Source: Mycobacterium leprae TN (lineage in GTDB: Bacteria > Actinomycetota > Actinomycetes > Mycobacteriales > Mycobacteriaceae). From it: 32,000 nucleotides of DNA. Location: contig NC_002677.1 of NCBI RefSeq assembly GCF_000195855.1, positions 480,001-512,000 on the forward strand, in the 5' to 3' direction. A program made the position numbers and the translations under genes. Shown here one piece after another: positions 1 to 11,042 of this stretch. The notes below the pieces were generated by a model. It had not been told where the DNA came from and searched no databases. It worked only from the letters and a program-made list of their open reading frames with translations. Within the stretch, counting starts at the first letter, position 1. Each line of letters starts with the position of its first letter.

Positions 1-92
1 TGCCTCAGCATTAACCGTGTGGTCGGCTAGCTACTACGTAGTCAGTGCTACTAGTTTTTCGGGCCGATTGATCGAGCGCAAATGCTGCGTCA

Positions 93-506
93 TCAGTGAC
101 GGCGGCGATAGCCATCCGCGTCTGATGTCGCTTGGTTTAGCGATGCATCTGCGTATCCCCGGCAATAATCCCACGTGACGTAGGAGTCCGGTTCGGGGTC
201 GTAGGCCGGCTCGTGCGGGCGGACAGTGCCGTCGATCAGTAGTTGCAGCAGGTTGGCACGCAGCATGTCCCAGTCGTGATAGTGGTCTTGTTGACATTCG
301 TCACAGCACACCACAAGTCCACGAATTCCCTTATGCGCCAACAGTGCCTCGTAAACGGCCAGGTCGGCCAGGTCGGCTTCGACCGCAATCCGCTCCTGCT
401 GGTCTAGCGGTTGACCTGGCTCTACGGCATCGAGCGCCGCCGACGGATCGCAGGGGTCGTCAGCAAACGGGTCGGGTGGCAAACCCGGTGGTAGGTGGTC
501 ACGCAC
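93..506 (-). CDS. Conserved actinobacterial hypothetical protein (Rv3412-like small Cys/His-containing protein)
   Basis: 137-codon ORF with a GTG start, divergent from guaB. The translation (MRDHLPPGLPPDPFADDP...VVCCDECQQDHYHDWD...) is collinear with and near-identical to Mtb Rv3412 as recalled. Rv3412 is likewise the divergent neighbour of guaB2. Confidence 0.85.
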   Translation of the reverse strand: MRDHLPPGLPPDPFADDPCDPSAALDAVEPGQPLDQQERIAVEADLADLAVYEALLAHKGIRGLVVCCDECQQDHYHDWDMLRANLLQLLIDGTVRPHEPAYDPEPDSYVTWDYCRGYADASLNQATSDADGYRRRH

Positions 507-618
507 GCCTCTAGCCTACGCAGGCAGGCAGCAATAATGCCAGCAGCCAAGACCGATGTTGTTTCATCACCGGCACAACACCCGGCCAAGCGAGCCCAGA
601 GGATTGGTAAGCCTATAA

Positions 619-2250
<1,632 letters not shown>

Positions 2251-2258
2251 CGCCCGAC

Positions 2259-3386
2259 ATGGTCGAGATAGGGATGGGCCGCGTGGCCCGTCGAACATAT
2301 GAGCTCCGTGAGATCAGCATCGTGCCGTCGCGTCGCACTCGCTCGTCGAAAGACGTGTCGACGGCTTGGCAACTCGACGCCTACCGGTTCGAGATCCCCG
2401 TCGTGGCACACCCGACCGATGCGTTAGTGTCGCCGGAGTTCGCCATCGAGCTGGGCCGGCTTGGTGGGCTGGGTGTGCTCAACGGTGAGGGGCTGATTGG
2501 CCGCCATGCTGATGTCGGTGCCAAGGTCGCACAGTTGATCGAGGCTGCCGAGAAAGAGCCTGAACCGGCGACTGCGGTCTGTTTGCTGCAGGAACTGCAT
2601 GCTGCGCCGCTGAATCCGGACCTGCTGGGTTCGGCGGTAGCTCGGATTCGGGAGGCGGGAGTGACCACTGCAGTGCGAGTCAGCCCGCAAAATGCCCAAG
2701 TGTTGACGCCGGTGTTGCTCGCTGCCGGAATTGACCTACTGGTCGTCCAGGGTTCCATCGTCTCGGCCGAGTGTGTTGCCAGCGGTGGTGAACCACTCAA
2801 CCTGAAAACATTCATCTCTGAGCTCGACGTTCCGGTGGTCGCTGGCGGTGTGCTCGACCACCGCACGGCGCTGCACCTGATGCGCACCGGCGCGGCTGGC
2901 GTGATCGTCGGCTATGGCTCCACTAGAGGGGCCACTACCTCCGATGAAGTGTTAGGCATCAGCGTGCCGATGGCTACGGCGATCGCCGACGCGGCTGCTG
3001 CGCGGCGCGAATACCTCGATGAGACCGGTGGTCGCTACGTCCACGTGCTGGCCGACGGCGATATCTACACGTCTGGCGAGTTGGCCAAAGCTATTGCCTG
3101 TGGTGCCGACGCGGTGGTGCTGGGTACACCGTTGGCCCAAAGTGCCGAGGCACTCGGCGGCGGGTGGTTCTGGCCGGCCGCGGCGGCGCACCCGTCTCTG
3201 CCACGCGGGGCGTTGCTACAGACCGCTGTCGGTGAGCGACCGTCATTGCAGCAGGTTTTGAACGGGCCCTCCGACAACCCATTCGGCACCCTGAATCTTG
3301 TTGGTGGTCTGCGCCGATCTATGGCTAAGGCCGGCTATTGCGACCTCAAGGAATTCCAGAAGGTCGGTCTGATCGTCAGCATCTGA
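2259..3386 (+). CDS. guaB3: IMP dehydrogenase-related protein GuaB3 (no CBS pair)
   Basis: The ORF track starts at TTG 2247, overlapping the guaB stop. ATG 2259 (MVEIGMGR...) reproduces the Mtb GuaB3 (Rv3410c) N-terminus. It is an IMPDH-like barrel, collinear to the end (...DLKEFQKVGL). Confidence 0.9.
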   Translation: MVEIGMGRVARRTYELREISIVPSRRTRSSKDVSTAWQLDAYRFEIPVVAHPTDALVSPEFAIELGRLGGLGVLNGEGLIGRHADVGAKVAQLIEAAEKEPEPATAVCLLQELHAAPLNPDLLGSAVARIREAGVTTAVRVSPQNAQVLTPVLLAAGIDLLVVQGSIVSAECVASGGEPLNLKTFISELDVPVVAGGVLDHRTALHLMRTGAAGVIVGYGSTRGATTSDEVLGISVPMATAIADAAAARREYLDETGGRYVHVLADGDIYTSGELAKAIACGADAVVLGTPLAQSAEALGGGWFWPAAAAHPSLPRGALLQTAVGERPSLQQVLNGPSDNPFGTLNLVGGLRRSMAKAGYCDLKEFQKVGLIVSI

Positions 3387-3450
3387 GGTTCGGTCGCCAA
3401 ACGTGCGACCAGCCCGCACGCTGGTGCCTAAGGCGGGTCATACTGGGGCG

Positions 3451-5160
3451 ATGAAGCCGGATTATGACGTCTTAATCATCGGTTCAGGGTTTGGCGGCAG
3501 TGTCAGTGCGCTGCGGCTCACGGAAAAAGGTTACCGGGTCGGTGTTTTGGAGGCGGGCCGTCGCTTCGCCGACGAGGATTTTGCCAAGACGTCCTGGGAT
3601 CTGCGTAAATTCCTCTGGGCGCCGAAGCTGGGCTGCTACGGCATCCAACGCATTCACCTGCTGCGCAACGTGATGATATTGGCCGGCGCCGGAGTGGGAG
3701 GCGGTTCGTTGAACTACGCGAATACGTTGTACGTTCCGCCGGAGCCGTTCTTTGCCAACCAGCAGTGGGCGCACATCACCGACTGGCACAGCGAGCTGGC
3801 GCCGCATTACGACCAGGCGCAGCGGATGTTAGGTGTGGTTTGTAACCCGACCTTCACCGACGCCGACCGGATACTCAAAGAGGTTGTCGATGAGATGGGG
3901 TTTGGCGACACCTTTGTGCCGACGCCGGTGGGGGTGTTTTTCGGCCCTGATGGCACTCAGACGCCGGGTCGGACCGTGGCCGACCCGTATTTCGGCGGCG
4001 TGGGGCCAGTGCGCACCGGCTGCCTGGAATGTGGTTGCTGTATGACGGGTTGTCGCCACGGTGCCAAGAACACGTTGGTGAAAAATTACCTTGGTCTAGC
4101 GGAATCAGCAGGTGCGCAAGTGATTCCGATGACGACGGTGAAAGGATTCGAACTGCGGTCCGAGGGGCTGTGGGAAGTTCATACGGTCCGCACCGGCAGT
4201 TGGCTGCGCAGGGGCAGACGCACGTTTACCGCTGCACACCTGCTGCTGGCCGCCGGCACGTGGGGGACGCAACGTTTGCTGTTCAGGATGCGTGACCAAG
4301 GTAAGTTGCCTCGTCTGTCGCAGCGCTTGGGTGTGTTGACTCGGACAAACTCGGAGTCGATTGTCGGTGCTGGGACCTTGAACGTCATGCCTGACCGGGA
4401 CCTGACGCATGGCGTGGCGATCACGTCGTCGATTCACCCGACGTCGGACACGCATATCGAACCCATACGCTACGGCAAGGGGTCCAACGCGATGGGATTG
4501 TTGCAGACCTTGATGACTGACGGGCCCGGTCCCGAGGGCACCGATGTGCCGCGCTGGAGGCAGTTATTGCATCAGGCCAGCGAAGATCCGCGCCGCATGC
4601 TGCGGCTGATTAATCCCCGTCGGTGGAGCGAACGCACGGTGATCGCGTTGGTGATGCAGCACTTGGATAACTCGATCACCACGTTTACCAAGCGGGGGAA
4701 ACTGGGCATCCGTTGGTACTCCAGCAAACAGGGGAACGGAGAACCGAACCCGTCGTGGATCCCGATCGGCAACGAGGTCACCCGCCGTCTAGCCGCCAAG
4801 ATCGACGGCGTGGCCGGCGGTACCTGGGGCGAGCTTTTCAACATCCCGCTGACCGCGCACTTTCTTGGCGGTGCGGTGATTGGCGACAACGCTGAACACG
4901 GGGTGATAGACCCCTACCATCGAGTCTACGGCTATCCTACACTGTACGTGGTGGACGGCGCAGCGATTTCGGCGAACCTGGGCGTCAACCCATCGTTGTC
5001 TATCGCTGCGCAAGCTGAGCGTGCAGCCTCCTTGTGGCCCAACAAGGGCCAGCACGATCAGCGCCCTCGGCAGGGTGAGTCGTACCGTCGGCTGGCCCCG
5101 ATCGCCCCGGACCACCCGGTGGTGCCCGCCGAAGCGCTGGGAGCGCTGCGGTGGCTATAG
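3451..5160 (+). CDS. choD: GMC-family FAD oxidoreductase (cholesterol oxidase ChoD homologue)
   Basis: The ORF track starts at GTG 3403. ATG 3451 gives MKPDYDVLIIGSGFGGS (an N-terminal GxGxxG FAD fold) and matches the Mtb ChoD (Rv3409c) start. A GMC C-terminal motif is present (YVVDGAAISANLGVNPSLSI). Confidence 0.9.
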   Translation: MKPDYDVLIIGSGFGGSVSALRLTEKGYRVGVLEAGRRFADEDFAKTSWDLRKFLWAPKLGCYGIQRIHLLRNVMILAGAGVGGGSLNYANTLYVPPEPFFANQQWAHITDWHSELAPHYDQAQRMLGVVCNPTFTDADRILKEVVDEMGFGDTFVPTPVGVFFGPDGTQTPGRTVADPYFGGVGPVRTGCLECGCCMTGCRHGAKNTLVKNYLGLAESAGAQVIPMTTVKGFELRSEGLWEVHTVRTGSWLRRGRRTFTAAHLLLAAGTWGTQRLLFRMRDQGKLPRLSQRLGVLTRTNSESIVGAGTLNVMPDRDLTHGVAITSSIHPTSDTHIEPIRYGKGSNAMGLLQTLMTDGPGPEGTDVPRWRQLLHQASEDPRRMLRLINPRRWSERTVIALVMQHLDNSITTFTKRGKLGIRWYSSKQGNGEPNPSWIPIGNEVTRRLAAKIDGVAGGTWGELFNIPLTAHFLGGAVIGDNAEHGVIDPYHRVYGYPTLYVVDGAAISANLGVNPSLSIAAQAERAASLWPNKGQHDQRPRQGESYRRLAPIAPDHPVVPAEALGALRWL

Positions 5161-5204
5161 CCATTGATCCGGACGGGTGGGTAACGCTGGATGACGCCAC
5201 TGCG

Positions 5205-5663
5205 TTGGCTGAGGCTCAGTGGCGCACAGCTTACTATCCGACTGTGTTCGTCGTGCATGTTGACCGGAACATCGCCCACCAAGGTAACCCTGTGCATTGA
5301 GGTGTGGCTGGTTGTCGTAGTTGTCGGTTGCTTGGTGTTGTGTGATTGGTTGTCCTCAACGGTGACGTCGACCGGCTCCCGGTTCCAGCGGATGGTGTTT
5401 TCGGGCATGGTGATTTGTCGCTGTAACAACTCCAAAAGCACGCTTGGTTCGTGGCTGTCCAGACCGACGAGGCTGTGCATAAAATTTCCCAACAGTAACA
5501 TGGGCTCACCGGTCTTCGGGTGCACCCGCACGACCGGATGTTCGTTCCGGAAAACCGGGTTCTCGAACGCCTCCCGGAACTCCCGCTGTGTGTCGGTTAT
5601 CGATTCGACCCGATCCGGCTGCCTAGCTGGGTGACGTTTATCGTGTGTGTACTCTATTTCATT
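5205..5663 (-). pseudogene. TauD/AtsK-family Fe(II)/2-oxoglutarate dioxygenase remnant (Rv3406-like), 5'-truncated
   Basis: The translation ...REFREAFENPVFRNEHPVVRVHPKTGEP...ENTIRWNREP...MHRVTLVGDVPV matches only the C-terminal ~45% of Rv3406. The N-terminal half, which carries the HxD iron site, is absent. The distal His region is degenerate and the native stop is lost, so the frame runs into the choD 3' end. Confidence 0.7.
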
Positions 5664-5711
5664 TCATCCTTTTGGGACTAGCTGACGTAGTCAGTTCGAT
5701 CGCATCGACTA

Positions 5712-5731
5712 GTGCAGTCATATGACTGCAC
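5712..5731. promoter_or_regulatory. Perfect 20-bp palindrome GTGCAGTCATATGACTGCAC (candidate relic TetR operator)
   Basis: Read directly from the sequence. It lies in the ~70-bp divergent gap between the dioxygenase remnant and the TetR remnant. A second 5-3-5 inverted repeat, CTGAC-GTA-GTCAG, lies at 5682-5694. Confidence 0.45.
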
Positions 5732-5734
5732 CCT

Positions 5735-6279
5735 CGGCAACCCGCTCACGCAAGGCTCCCGCCGGACGGGAAGATGTTGCGGAGCCATGCCACTGACTTG
5801 TTTGCCGAGCGCGGTCCGGCCGCGACATCTATCCGCGATATCGCCGCCCGATCGGGGGTCAACGATGGACTGGTTTTTCGGCCCTTCGGAACCAAAAAGA
5901 ACAATTGGTGGGTGCTGTGCTATATCACTTGGGTATGACGCTGACCGGTTTGCTGCACTACGCGGCGTCAGGTGACGTCGTCGAACGTGGGCTCGATCGG
6001 CATATGGGGTCCTGACCCGGACACTATTCGACGGTTATCTCGTGGGGCAGATGAGAAGCAATTTCCCAACGTTGCAGAGATGCTAGATGGCGTGCGGCCA
6101 CGCCACAGAAGCGACCGCGCAGCGCACTGCTGGCAGTCGCTAATTTCCTTGCGCCGCAATTTGGTTAGCAATTATTTACTCCTATGCTGCATTCGGTTAT
6201 CGGTATCGCCGACCTGACCGAAGCGCAGCTTCAGCGGGCCGTGCACGCCGAGGTGGCCTGGCTCATCGAGCCGCACTGA
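5735..6279 (+). pseudogene. TetR-family transcriptional regulator remnant (Rv3405c-like)
   Basis: A TetR HTH is readable (DLFAERGPAATSIRDIAARSGVNDGLVFRPFGTKK). A frameshift precedes it (~5785) and an in-frame TGA follows shortly after. The C-terminal ...LTEAQLQRAVHAEVAWLIEPH* sits in another frame. Confidence 0.7.
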
Positions 6280-8641
6280 TTATGAGCGACTTATGGCGCC
6301 GGCTTACTGGCTCGCGGCCCGGCGGCTGTGATGGAGGCGGCAGGAGTGGCTTTCGGTCCCGTACCGCTATGGTCGACGGTGAATCCGATTTCAGTGTGAG
6401 GTGTTCACCGGCATGCCGGATGGTTAGCTCGCCGCCAGGGCCGTCGCGCAGGGTGTAGGTGACGTCGGCATGCCTGGCGTCCACGGTCAGTCGGAACCCG
6501 CGCCAGCGTAGTCGGAATCGTAGACGCGAGATGCCGTGGGGCAGTTGGGGATCGATGGACAGGATGCCCTCATCGTCACGCAGGCCGCCGAAGCCCCCGA
6601 CTAGAGCTGTCCACGCACCGGCGAGTGAGGCCATGTGCAACCCGTCACGGGTATTGCGGTGCAGATCGCGCAGGTCGATCAGCGCGGCCTCGTAAGCATA
6701 GTCGTGGGCCAACTCTAGATGTCCGACCTCGGCACACATCACCGCCTGTGTGCAGGCTGACAGCGATGAGTCACGCACCATGCGTCGTTCGTAGTAGTCG
6801 ACATTGCGCGCCTTTTGTTCGGGGGTGAACGCATGACTTTGCCACTGCATCGCCAGCACCAGGTCGGCTTGCTTGATTACTTGTGCTGGGTAGAGCCGTA
6901 CGTAGGCTTCGTGCAGGAATAATGGGTAGGTGGTGTTGGCTTCAAAATCCCACTCCGCAAAGGTGGTAAACCCTTCACACTGCTGATGGACACCGAGCTC
7001 GTCGTCGTACGGAATGTTGGCGGCGTCGGCCGCGTCGCGCCAAGCGGCCATCTCTTCGGTTGTGACACCCATTGCTTTTGCCGCTTCGGGCTGGCGTAGG
7101 CAGGCATCAGCAGCGGTGATCAGATTGCTCGCGGCCATTAGATTCGTGAACACGTTGTCACGGACCACCGCCGTGTACTCGTCGGGACCGGTGACCCCAT
7201 CGAGGTGCCAGACACCATGCCGGTCGTGGTGTCCGAGTGAAAGCCACAGCCGGGCCGTCTCGATGAGCACAGCAAGGCCGCATTCTTCCTCCAACGAGTG
7301 GTCACCGGTAACAATGCGGTATCGCTCGAAGGCCATCGCTATGTCGGCGTTGATGTGCCAAGCCGCCGTGCCCGCCGGCCAGTACGCCGAGCACTCCTGC
7401 CCGCGGATGGTTCGCCAGCAAAAGCTGGCACCGTCGAGCCCGAGTTCGGCTGCCCGGTCTTTGGCGAGCTGTAATGTCGACGCACGCCACCGCAGCGCAT
7501 CGGCGACTGCATGCGGCGCGGTGTAGGTAAGCACTGGCAACACGAAACCTTCGGTATCCCAAAAAGCGTGGCCGTCGTAGCCTGTTCCGGTGAGTCCCTT
7601 GCTGGGGATAGCACGCCGTTCGGCGCGCGCGCTGGCCTGCAGCAGGTGAAATAGCCCGAACCGCACTGCTTGCTGAGATTCCGGGTCGCCCTCGACTTCG
7701 ACGTCGGCGCTGTCCCAGAATTCGTTGAGGTAAGCGCGCTGCGCGTCCAGCAATCCTTGCCATCCACTGTAGCGGGCGGTGTGCAGTGCGGCGGTGGCCT
7801 GGTCATGCAGCGCTGGGCGGGAGCGCAGACTTGACCAGCCGTACGCCAGGTATTTGACGATGCGCAGCTTCTGTCCTGGGCGCAGACCGCAGATCACGGT
7901 GGTCCGAGCCAAGTCTGGACGCGCGTCGGTGGTGATCTCGACTCGTCCGGGAACCTCGACCTCGTGATCCATTCCGGCGGCCATCATTAAGGAGCTCGCC
8001 CGGGTCCGGTGCATGAGAAGTCCGCCGCGCTCAGTGGCTTCGTGTTCGACGGCCTCTAGCGGGTTATCTAGAATGGCTGACACTCGCGGGTCGCCCGAGG
8101 TCTCGGGTTGGTCCTCGTTGGAGACGAGCTCAGACTGTACGGTCACGCGCACGAATTTGTCCAGCGCTTCGACGACGTACTCGATAGCTGCGACACTACG
8201 GTGCGCCAGCGACACCAAACGGGTGGACACCACCTTAACTTGCTTGTCCGCGGGCGAGCGCCAATTTGCGCGGCGGGTCAGCGTTCCGGCGCACAGGTCG
8301 AGGACTCGCTCGTGGAAGATTACTTCCCCGTAGCGGACGTCGAACGGCTCGTCCTCGACGAACAGACGCAAGATCTTGCCGTTGGTGACGTCTACGACGG
8401 TCTGACCGGCCTCCGGATACCCGTATCCGGCTTCGGCATATGGCAGCGGTCGGATTTCGTAGAAGGAGTTCAGATAGGTTCCCGGCAGGCCGTACGGCTC
8501 GCCTTCGTCGAGGTTGCCGCGCAACCCGATGTGCCCGTTGGACAAGGCGAATAGGGATTCCGATTGGGCTAGTAAGTTCAGGTCGAGCCGGGTCTCGCGA
8601 ATCTGCCAAGGTTCTACGGGGAAGGCTTCTTCGGTGATCAT
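6263..8641 (-). CDS. Glycoside hydrolase family 65 disaccharide phosphorylase (Rv3401-like)
   Basis: 792-codon clean ORF with GH65 N-terminal, catalytic (alpha/alpha)6 and C-terminal regions recognisable by eye (...GTGYDGHAFWDTE...). It starts 13 bp downstream of the beta-PGM gene's stop codon on the same strand. Confidence 0.9.
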   Translation of the reverse strand: MITEEAFPVEPWQIRETRLDLNLLAQSESLFALSNGHIGLRGNLDEGEPYGLPGTYLNSFYEIRPLPYAEAGYGYPEAGQTVVDVTNGKILRLFVEDEPFDVRYGEVIFHERVLDLCAGTLTRRANWRSPADKQVKVVSTRLVSLAHRSVAAIEYVVEALDKFVRVTVQSELVSNEDQPETSGDPRVSAILDNPLEAVEHEATERGGLLMHRTRASSLMMAAGMDHEVEVPGRVEITTDARPDLARTTVICGLRPGQKLRIVKYLAYGWSSLRSRPALHDQATAALHTARYSGWQGLLDAQRAYLNEFWDSADVEVEGDPESQQAVRFGLFHLLQASARAERRAIPSKGLTGTGYDGHAFWDTEGFVLPVLTYTAPHAVADALRWRASTLQLAKDRAAELGLDGASFCWRTIRGQECSAYWPAGTAAWHINADIAMAFERYRIVTGDHSLEEECGLAVLIETARLWLSLGHHDRHGVWHLDGVTGPDEYTAVVRDNVFTNLMAASNLITAADACLRQPEAAKAMGVTTEEMAAWRDAADAANIPYDDELGVHQQCEGFTTFAEWDFEANTTYPLFLHEAYVRLYPAQVIKQADLVLAMQWQSHAFTPEQKARNVDYYERRMVRDSSLSACTQAVMCAEVGHLELAHDYAYEAALIDLRDLHRNTRDGLHMASLAGAWTALVGGFGGLRDDEGILSIDPQLPHGISRLRFRLRWRGFRLTVDARHADVTYTLRDGPGGELTIRHAGEHLTLKSDSPSTIAVRDRKPLLPPPSQPPGREPVSRRHKSLIISAAR

Positions 8642-8654
8642 CGGGGATGATGCC

Positions 8655-9440
8655 CTACAGTAGTTCAGCGAGATCGGTCACCACTACATTGGCGCCGATG
8701 CGGCGCAGTTCTTCGGCCTGGTCTACCCGACCCGTGCGGTTGATGCCCACCACGAAGCCGAAGTGACCGGACAGGCCGGCCTGCACGCCGGACAAGGCGT
8801 CCTCGAATACGGCTGCCGCGTCGGGAGCGACGTCGAGCAACTGCGCCCCGCGCAGGTATGAGTCGGGGGCCGGCTTGCCGGCGATGTGCTCTTCACGCAG
8901 GGTGATACCGTCCACCTGTTGCTGGACAAATCGGTCAAGACCGGTGATCTTGAGTACGTCGCGGGTATTGGTGCTCGACGACACGACGGCGACGCCGAGG
9001 CCTGCGTACGTGATTGCCTCCAGATAGCGTCGCGACCCGTCGAAGACCTCAATGCCATGCTCCTTGAGTACCTGCCGGAATAGGTCGTCTTTGCGGTTGC
9101 CTAGGCCATATATTGTCTCGACGTCGCCGGAGTTGTCGGCACTGCCTTCAGGCAGTGTGATTCCCCGACTGCCCAGAAATGACCGGACCCCGTCTTCGCG
9201 CTTCTTACCGTCCACGTATTGTCGGTAGTCTGCGGTGGGGTCGAAGGGCACAAAATTTTCTCCGGTGTGCTTGGCCCGTTGGTATAGATAGGTGTCAAAC
9301 ATGGTCTGCCATGCCTTGGCATGGACACTCGCGGTATCGGTGAGAACACCGTCGAGGTCGAATAGGCAGGCGCGCACTTGCTCCGGCAGACCCAGCACGG
9401 TGGACCTCACTTTACTAGTTGGGTGATCCCAGTTCGCCAT
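8655..9440 (-). CDS. Beta-phosphoglucomutase-type HAD hydrolase (Rv3400-like)
   Basis: HAD motif I is present ([12 protein letters not shown]), with downstream motifs ([19 protein letters not shown]). The ORF track start at 9476 is rejected; ATG 9440 (MANWDHP...) matches the Rv3400 N-terminus. Confidence 0.9.
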
Positions 9441-9914
9441 GCCCACTGTTGGGCTGGCTGCACAGTCCGGGCTCACCGGGATGCAGCGTACCTAATGTGT
9501 CGGCGCTGATTGCATTGCCGAGCCGGCCTTGCGTCAACGGCCCAACCGTCAAGCCACGGCTGTTTGTATAGGAGTTTACATTTGACCTGGTTTTTTGTTC
9601 GTTTAACAGTTACTTTCGTTGAGACGATAACGATTCTCAGGCGTCAAAAACTGTGAAGCTCATGTTCGTGTTTCGATATTCGCTACTACACGCTCTCGCT
9701 TTGCTGTTCTGGTGACGGTTCGTGACATGTCCTGGATGACTTGTAACCGCTGGCCGGCAAGGGGCACGAGTGAAGTTTCTTGGTGTTGTGCTACAAGTTG
9801 GCGACGAACGCGTGTAGTCCCAGCGGGTTGGACGACAGGTACAGCACGGCTTGCATGAGTGTGGTCGCCTGCTCCGTTCGATCGTTCCAGTGCTCGATTG
9901 CTAAGCTGTAGGAC

Positions 9915-10427
9915 TCAATGATGACTCGTAACTGGTTGGAGGTGACGAGATGGCTGTGGCTGGGCTCGTCGGGCCATGGCTCCGGATAGTAGAGTTAGCC
10001 GCTTTTTGATATGGTGATGTTCCACATGGCAAGTCAACTCTCGTAGATCAATACCCGGTGTGATTCGGAGTATTAGGTGGGCATTGTTCGCCATGCTCAG
10101 ATGAACGTGTTGGCTGAAAATGACCTGAAAGGTGGCGTCAACGAACGGCAGTTTGGTTACGTCCGATTGCTGAACGAAGATCTGCTTGACCAAGCTGACA
10201 AGTTGATTTAGCCAACGTGCCGTGTCGTAGTACTCTCTGGTCAGATCTACGGCGGTGACTCGACAGCGTCTTTGGTCTGCGGCAAAACGGGAGGTTCCGC
10301 CGATGGCGCTGCCCCCGTCAAGTGCCTTGGTTTCACTTGTGATCTCGATAAGGTACATGAGTTGGCTGGTAGCAATGCGACCCATTGTGTGGGAAGTCTT
10401 CGCGCAACCCACGAGCCGCAGCCGCAA
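9915..10427 (-). pseudogene. Class I SAM-dependent methyltransferase remnant
   Basis: The 170-aa ORF shows a degraded motif I and post-I region (ALDGGSAIGGTSRFAAD..CRVTAVDLT...LPFVDATFQVIFSQHV). It is too short for the family and its termini are non-homologous. Flanking DNA (9.5-9.9 kb, 10.4-10.9 kb) is ORF-poor and lower in GC. Confidence 0.5.
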
Positions 10428-11042
10428 GGTGTTCGAGGTTCCTTTTCAACATTGATCAGAGTTGTTCGATGTTATCCTTGCTATAAGCCGGTCGAGTACT
10501 GGGCACAAATCTTGTCATTCATACGTGCACCAGGCGGTGTTCTAGCTGCGCTACGCGGCGTACCGACCCGAAAATTGGAAGTGCGCGGCCCGTGGCTGCT
10601 GTAGCCGATCGAATTCGTCCAGACAGTGTGCTAGGGACCTGGAAAATGGACGGCATGATCACCTATGTTCGCGATGTCGTTGGTGTCGAACCCGAAGACT
10701 TCTTGACAATTGCACACCGTTACGTCATCGTCTCAAAATTGCGCCGTACCGCTGGCAATACTTAATACGCTAGGTCTGGGACTTCATGTTGACTGAGCTC
10801 GATCCGATGCACTTGTCACAGTCCCCCCTCGGGGGACCGAAGCCAAGTACAAGGCCGCTATGCGGCGAACCCATGCCACCGGCGATCGTTATGCCATCGA
10901 CGCATTGCGTGCCGCGTTGTGCTCTCGGTGGATTGATGCTGGGGGAACAACAGGCGGTTGTCGGCGTGGAGTTGATCGCGAGGCAGCCCTGTGCGTTGCT
11001 GCTTGCCTCGGGAGCTGCTGCCAGCCTCTAGACTGGCTGCCC

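Noticed and set aside
1-30. Nine-codon tail ending at TAG 28-30 as the 3' end of an upstream gene (possibly the anti-sigma factor next to Rv3412 in Mtb)
   Set aside because: It is too short to support any call.
10560-10775. Possible NmrA/SDR-like C-terminal fragment (..MDGMITYVRDVVGVEPEDFLTIAHRYV..)
   Set aside because: Only a vague resemblance to NAD(P)-binding protein C-termini. There is not enough signal to annotate even as a pseudogene.
10860-11042. N-terminal extension of guaA (the 590-aa version in the ORF track)
   Set aside because: The extension has no similarity to GMP synthases. GTG 11043 reproduces the spacing to the conserved PVLVVDFG seen in Mtb GuaA.
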